From NCBI GenBank assembly GCA_051942205.1, contig JAVECO010000005.1:1-64000 (forward strand): DNA of 64,000 bases, written 5' to 3'. The notes below the pieces were generated by a model. It ran no database searches. It worked only from the letters and a program-made list of their open reading frames with translations, and was not told the DNA's origin. This document shows positions 57,469 to 64,000 of the stretch, piece by piece. Source of the stretch: Coniocarpon cinnabarinum. Its lineage: Eukaryota. How positions within the stretch are numbered: the stretch's first letter is position 1; every line of letters starts with the position of its first letter. Made by a program: the position numbers and the translations under genes.

Positions 57469-59286
57469 TTGGATTGCGTCACAAACAGACCTTTCGCAGC
57501 TCTCGAGGTCTCTCCTGTCAGGCAGCTGCGTACCGTCTGCTCACATCATCATCAGACACCTGCGAAACAGGTTGTCACTACGATTGAGGCTGACATCCTC
57601 ACTTACAAGACTACAGCAGCTACGGGATTTGACAGAACGGCATCGGAACTGACTCCCGCTGCAAATCAGCCTGGGGGAGCAGCTGTGCACTGTCTGTCCA
57701 CCTCTCGAGACACCTGCGAAACAGGTTGTCACTGTGATTGAGGCTGGCATCCTCATCGAAAGTCTCCAACAGATCCTGGATTTAAGAGGGCGGGACTGAA
57801 AATGATCCCGCCACAAATCAGCCTGAGGGATCAGCTTTTCCACCCAAAGCCGCACCTTCCACTATACAGGTCAACGCTGAGGATCCGGTCTTGACTAGCT
57901 TCAACAACCGAGGAGCAATGGCAGCTGGACTGACCTCAACAATTGTCAACACCGATGCAGCGACCATATTCAAACCTGTCGCTGCTCCTTCTAAGGCAGC
58001 TGGACCCTCGCTTGACGTTCCCAAGAAATCGCTCCAGGTTGCTGCTCGTGGACCTGGAGCCTGAAGGACAGAGAAGTGCTTACAGACAACGAGGGTGCCT
58101 TCGAAGACATTCTTGCACCCCCGAAAGACCACCCTCAAATCGTTGTACGGCCTTCCGCAGAGGCCTTACACCTCCGAATCTGTCGCTCGAGGATGACGCT
58201 GCACTCGAAGTCGGCACAAGCTGTATTCTGGACCTGCCATACTAGGGCGACGCGAGACCACCAGAAGAGCCACCACATACTTCACTCACCTCATGCAACA
58301 CGTCCATAGGACATATCTGCATCGCGACCTCACAGTCAACGACACCGAACACACCCAGTACTGGGACCATCAATTGCAACGAAGAAGGGCACAGTCGCTT
58401 TGAAAGCGAAAATTTCGACTGGCAGTGCCCTTAGGGTCGATTTTCTTGAAGTACCGCACACTCTCGAGGCTTTTGCGGACTTGATTCCTGTACTGAAGCT
58501 GCAGGTGGCTGCCTCCATCTGAAAGACCGATTTTGGGAGATTCTTATGACGTCTATGGTTCAGCACCTGCCAGGGGGAAGGCCCTCAAGGCGCTTCGAAT
58601 GCACGATGAATGTCACCATCGATGAAGGAATTTTGCTATGCTTGCGCAATAATCGAGATCGACACCATCAAAGCGCTGACCGACGAGGAACTTCAAAGCC
58701 GCGGCATTTTTCTTTCCAGGGCAACAGTGTTGAGAATGAATATTGAATTCTTGTGCTAATCGACCGTGTCTTTGAAAGACCAAGCCTCACTAACCTCGTC
58801 TCTGCCTCACTGCATCGGACAATCCGGTCAACTACAGGAGCCCTCGCCCACCAGCTCTGACGCTGTGGAATCAGGATCCTGTACCCAGTTCTGTGCCACA
58901 GTAGGGCAAGCTACCAGCACGATCGTCAGGGCCACAATGTCACCAAGTGTCACCAAGCAACGGTCGGGGAATCAGCGACACACGGCAACCCTCGACAAGG
59001 ATCCCCTGACAGCCAAGGCCGGGCAAGCAAAAGCCATAGCGAAGAATCGGCACTTTTAACCCTACGACACGAATTCGCAGGCTTTGTGTGAATCCCCTGC
59101 TGCTTGAATGCAGCAGACTCGTCGGGTATGGGAGATGCGTTCAAGGCGCTTTGTGCTTCAGCATCTCTACTATTAGCAACGACAGAAAACTCCTATGGTC
59201 GTCGGCTGAAGGAAGTCGCTATCAAGACGCTGCTTTCACAAGACCTCGCCGCTGCAGGGTCTTTGCTTCTTCGCAAGACATTTTAG
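57469..59286 (+). pseudogene. Possible decayed gene with an internal ~154-bp imperfect tandem duplication
   Basis: CACCTGCGAAACAGGTTGTCACT occurs at ~57557 and ~57711; AAATCAGCCTG at ~57663 and ~57815. Protein-like frames are broken by shifts and stops. Confidence 0.35.
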
Positions 59287-60143
59287 GAATGAATTTATTG
59301 GTTCTGCATCAAATTCTTATCGTAAACAGAGCAACTGGTGTGGGCGCACACTTCTAAAAATAAAAGTCCTCCCTTGGGAGCACTTGGAAATTATAATTGT
59401 GCTGATTTTGTCTTGCGTTCACGCAACTTCGCACAAGACCATGAACGTGGCGTCAAACGCCCACTCGAACTTATTGCCCCAAAGGCTCTCAGAGACGCTT
59501 TGTACTTCTAGCGAATTAAATCAACAATGCATATTGGATGAAGAGCTTTATTATCGCTATTGAAGAGTATCGTCTCAGGAAGGACAGACACGTGGATTCT
59601 TAATCAACCAAAACGTTTTAATGTTATTTCACAACTCTTTCTGCAAGTATAGCGCTCCCGAGCTTAAACTTTGAGAAACTCGCGTTGTAAGATAGCGCCG
59701 CATTGTTCTATAGGATGTAAAATGGGAGGTTTTGCACAGGCTTAATGAGATCTAGGAGTCAATGAAATCTGCGAAGTAAAGTGCGGGCCACAGTGGCGGC
59801 ACCGACGAAAAAAGAGGTGCATCTTGGAAGTCCTCGCTGAAAAGGGAGCGCGTCGTATGAAAAAATTACTTTTGCGTTCTTTGCTTGAGTTTCAATGACG
59901 GGCCCTGCGTGAATGTGGGTGAACGTGTAGTGCTTCGCGGTTGTGGAGGCAGTCTGCGGAGTTAGAGATGCGCGCAGTGCGAAGAAGCACTTCCGCGTTG
60001 CTGTAGCCACCAGTCCCGTTCCCTCTAAGGCTAGATATTTAGCAACAACATCACAACCTTTTTGCTCCAATGACCCACTCCCATCACCAAAACCTCAACG
60101 CATCAGAATTCCACAAAGGCGACTAATAGGTGCAGTTGTCAAA

Positions 60144-60581
60144 ATGTCCGTCATGCCTCAGGCTCAAGAATGTAAAGTGATGCTCAGTGCACTTCTCAAA
60201 GCTTGCGCGCACTGGAACGACCTGTACGGGCCATTGAGCGGCTCGATACCTGACATTCAAGAGCTGAAGCTCATGGCTGAACACGGCGCGGTGTACACCA
60301 ACCCAACATTTCATATTCCCGACGAACAAACTGTGCAGTGGATGTTGCAAACAAAGCGCAAACACAAGCAAGAATACGCTGACGCACGGGAGCGAGGCGA
60401 GAAGACGGCGGATAAATTATGCGAAGCGATTGAAAATCTTTGGGTCGAGGTCACGACGATAGCCGAGAAACTGGGCATGGAGTCGACAGACACGCTGGAG
60501 ACGGAGTCGTGGAAGGAGTTGAAGCGTGCCTTTGAGCCCGAAGATGCGAAGTGCACCGAAAAGAAGCCGCATCGTCAATGA
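60144..60581 (+). CDS. Hypothetical protein (145 aa)
   Basis: ATG in a good context (CAAAATGT); helical/coiled-coil-like composition. Confidence 0.55.
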   Translation: MSVMPQAQECKVMLSALLKACAHWNDLYGPLSGSIPDIQELKLMAEHGAVYTNPTFHIPDEQTVQWMLQTKRKHKQEYADARERGEKTADKLCEAIENLWVEVTTIAEKLGMESTDTLETESWKELKRAFEPEDAKCTEKKPHRQ

Positions 60582-61252
60582 GATACCCAGACTGGAGAAT
60601 ATGTCGTGCGGACGTGGGTGAGACGCAGGGTCGCGGGTACGGAAAGCGTTGGGCTCACGACGGGAGCCGCATGGCAGAGTCTTGTAAGCCGCATGACGAC
60701 CGGGAACGGACCATCGATCTGGGCATCCCAATAGCAACTGAGGCACTGAATCTCTGTGATTATCGTCGGAATACTAAAGTCATCATACCTCAGTCGTAGG
60801 TGAAATCCTGCAATCGTGGTCCAGACTAGCAACGGATCGGGGACAGCGCGCGGGAGCCAAGGCCGCCAATGCAGCCCCTGCCGATCCCGACCCCAGCGTC
60901 AAAAGCCATTCGATGTGCCTGATCTAGTGCCGATACGGCTTAGCGTGTCACATCCCCAGCTTTGTGAAACATTGAAACATCCAAAACTCTTCCCCCAGCC
61001 AGCCTTGCTCTCATTTTCCTCGCTCCTCTTCCCCTCTCTTCACCAACACGTTCGTTTCGTCCCTCTACTCCGTTCCCCTCTTTTCCTGATCTGCTACTCC
61101 AAGCGACTGTAGCTTTTCCTATCCAGCTAGCCAGCTGTGCATCGCGTTGGACACGCTTCTTGACTTCTGCGTCGTTTTTGAAAGCACAGCGCGCGACTGC
61201 CATTTTTTGCAGTGGAACAGCTTCTATATCACATTTCAACCCTTCAGTCGTC

Positions 61253-61964
61253 ATGGTAAGTGCACTCCGCAATTAAAACCATGTGTTCCGTCCTCTGTCC
61301 AGCATTTATCCACGCTCGATGCAGACCGAGCACGTGCAATCGGCCTCGCAATCTCCCCTCAGCATGTGGCAGTCATGCTAAGACGTCTTCTAGCAACTCT
61401 CCACCGTCTTCGTAGCTGCCGTCTTGGCGGTATTTGCCTCTGCGCAAAGCGACAACCCCCAGCATGCGAGCGTCAACATTCCTGTGGGACACTCCACCGC
61501 CGTCTTGAGTGTTCACTCGAGCGCTATGACTACGTATGTATCCTCTCTAGGAGCCGTCAAAACCCGCGTTAGGATTTTTCCACAAATTCAATGGAGCGGC
61601 CACACGGTCTGTGTGGTTGACTCGAGAGCAATGAAGACCCTTTGACCACGATTCGAGCTTCAGCAAGAGATTCAGCAGACAGCGTGAGCTAACGAAGACA
61701 CAGCGGCCTTGAAACCGCACCTTCTACATCCACCACTGGCACCGCTACAGGTTCCGCCACGAACGCCGAGGCCGCTGTTTCTACAGGCGCATCTTCGGGC
61801 GCCGCTGCGGCCGCTTATGTATGTTCACTATCTTCTCCTCGCCGTCTATCTCGTCACGCTCGTCACGAAAAAAACATTAGCTAACGCTTGTTCAGACCGC
61901 CCCGCCAATGCAAGCTCCTCTTGCTGCTGGGCTGTACATCGCCGCCGCTGCGCTCGTGATCTAG
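61253..61964 (+). CDS. Small secreted Ser/Thr/Ala-rich, probably GPI-anchored protein (108 aa, 4 exons), absent from the ORF track
   Basis: Exons 61253-61255 (ATG only), 61394-61533, 61704-61818 and 61896-61964, all GT-AG and phase-consistent. The product reads MQLSTVFVAAVLAVFASAQ...STGASSGAAAAAYTAPPMQAPLAAGLYIAAAALVI*. Confidence 0.8.
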
Positions 61965-64000
61965 GCAAGCACGCGCGCTGTATATGTATCGATTCCGAAG
62001 GGAGCGGTTATGCTCCTTGCATGGCTCGTATATGGTGGCTTCCTATGGCAGTATGGACACGCGAGCAACAGGAAATATCTGCTGCTCCTGTGGAATGAGT
62101 CTTTTTAATCCCTAGTGGAAGGTGCTTCGCCTTTGACGTCAAAACAGGGTGGTGCATAATCGGCATGAATGATAGACATGAATTCAAATGAAAAGGACTG
62201 CAGTACCACTTGCTGAGATGCTCCCACCATTTTGTAATCTTCTGGCCTCCTTAGCAATCTCACCGGGGCTCGAGAGAGCTCAAAAATCAGCACAAGTACT
62301 ACATAACTCTCTTACAACTCCGCATTGACCTTATCTTAACAAAAATAATACGCAAAGCTCATCCATAGACCCTTCTCCGGTCTGCTAAGGCATAGAGGTG
62401 GCTTTTGAATACGGGCTGAGGCAAAGGATCTGGGCTTGCTCAGTAACAGTAGGACATGTCAATCCCTCGCCAATCTCAGACAGCTCGAGGATCCTGAGCC
62501 CGCTCTGCAGCAAGAGAAGTCATGTCATGACACCAATCCGCCCGTGAACAAGCTCCTGCAACAGACAGAAAGTGAAGTCACCAGAATAGCTCCACGAATC
62601 GACAATGCAGTCCCAGGCTCCTTCGCAAATGCTGCACTTCCGAAGATTCTCCCGTTATGAACCCAATCGAGTGAGCTGTTACCGCAGGTCTATGTCTGAG
62701 CGGCACACAAGCCGCTTCGTCAAGACTGCACAAAAGCCGACCAGCTCCACGCACTCAGAAACAGTAAGTATTCCTGAATCTTATAGATACGTGGCGACAC
62801 GTCGGGCCGCAAGCCGTTTGGATTGCGTGAATACTCGCTGTTCGATCAAGGTTGGCGGTCAAGACCCGACTCAGGCTTACAACGTCTCACACGATACAAC
62901 GGGGAATAGGGCTTCACTTGCACTGCGAGTGCGGCTCACTCGCTACGCCGCATCACGGACCGTGACTCGGACCCAGGCATCGGCACGGGTTTTGGTAAGC
63001 TGCATCCTCTGATCGAGCTAGGAGTGTCATGGTAGGCCAAAGCTTCAAGGACAATGCATTCCTTCGAATTCTGAAGGTGGGAGCTGCATACGTTATGGAG
63101 GCACACAGACCGCCAGATCCTTCACGATCGAATAGTCAGCCTTATCGTGTTAATAAGGTTGCTTCACGGTAGCGATTCTGACGCAGAAATAGCCTGCGGA
63201 GATGAAAGGGCTGTTGGTTTTGCTTCAACCGCCCCTAGATATGGGAAAGGAAGCCGTGCGAAGCCCTCTCCAGCGGCCGAAATCCAAAAAGGGACATGTC
63301 ACGTGTAGCAGCTCCTCGAGGGCAGTGCACAAGGGTGGACTTGGACGTGTCTGACACCGCTGTCAGCAACGTCTGGACTCGGCCTGTTGATTTAAGAACT
63401 TGAGACAATGACAGTAGGCGCTGAGTGCTCGAGTGGACATCAAGACCAGTTCCAAATAAAGACTGGGCGCTTCGCAGAGGGCGTCAAAGGAGCGCTAGCG
63501 GCTACTGCGGCCAGCGCAAGTGTCAGAAGAGCGCGTCTATTTCTGCAGTGCGGCAGAGACGGCGGTTTGGGCGTCTGCACGCAGTCTTTTCTTGCAGCCG
63601 CCGTGGTTTCAATAGGAGGGGCACGGATTTTGAAGACGGTGTTCTGGCTCGGCGGATGGGCTGTTCTGGGAGAAGAGCTCAAACGCTCTGCACGATGACC
63701 GTTATGGGCCATTCCAACATGAATAGCTGGCACTTGACTACATCACGAGAGGCTACGGATGGGCGTGGCAAGAGCTCAGAAACAGGCTGGAGGACGCGCC
63801 CTCATTGGTGGCAGTGGATGGAATGTTGAACAAAGCTGAAAGCCTCCAGACAAGACGCGAGCTGGAATGCAGTCACAGCCACAAGGACATGCTGTGGCTG
63901 GTGCACATCACCACATGCTTCAACAAGCAGGTACCTAGCCCCTGACTCCAGCGTGAGAGCATCCCTGCTGAAATTACCGATGAGTCGGAGAGCATCCCTG

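Noticed and set aside
63955..64000. 13-bp direct repeat GAGAGCATCCCTG with a 33-bp period
   Set aside because: Cut by the window edge; cannot tell whether it starts a longer array.

Overview
Gene-dense, intron-containing DNA from a filamentous ascomycete (Pezizomycotina; Dothideomycetes is a guess, not something the sequence establishes). Positions 1-2882 are the 3' half of a heavily RIP-mutated Ty3/Gypsy chromovirus (RT, RNase H, integrase, chromodomain, PPT, 186-bp 3' LTR), followed by AT-rich relic DNA to about 3170. About 3.2-11.6 kb is an accessory-looking island: an intronless PD-(D/E)XK-like ORF, an intronless DUF4419 ORF, two tandem-repeat arrays and decayed reading frames. The rest is mainly housekeeping genes: DCS1, TMEM42-like, TOA2, VMA16, cnxE/gephyrin, POP5, DUF3112, a probable ZIP2/SHOC1, ARC1, KEI1, YPT6, NOP53, OST4, MEF1 and SAC1. 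It also holds a 355-bp MITE in the DCS1/TMEM42 divergent promoter, an orphan-rich block (26-33 kb) with at least two diverged F-box-like paralogs, and an O-methyltransferase pseudogene / P450 / phenol monooxygenase mini-cluster. A small intron-split GPI-type gene near the right end is missed by the ORF track. I see no unambiguous new system. The best candidates are the two long, hairpin-rich introns of the Moco gene cnxE, the nuclease-like/DUF4419 island at the RIP border, the orphan F-box-like paralog family and a possible non-AUG mitochondrial extension of Arc1. All family assignments come from motif recognition by eye, with no database searches.
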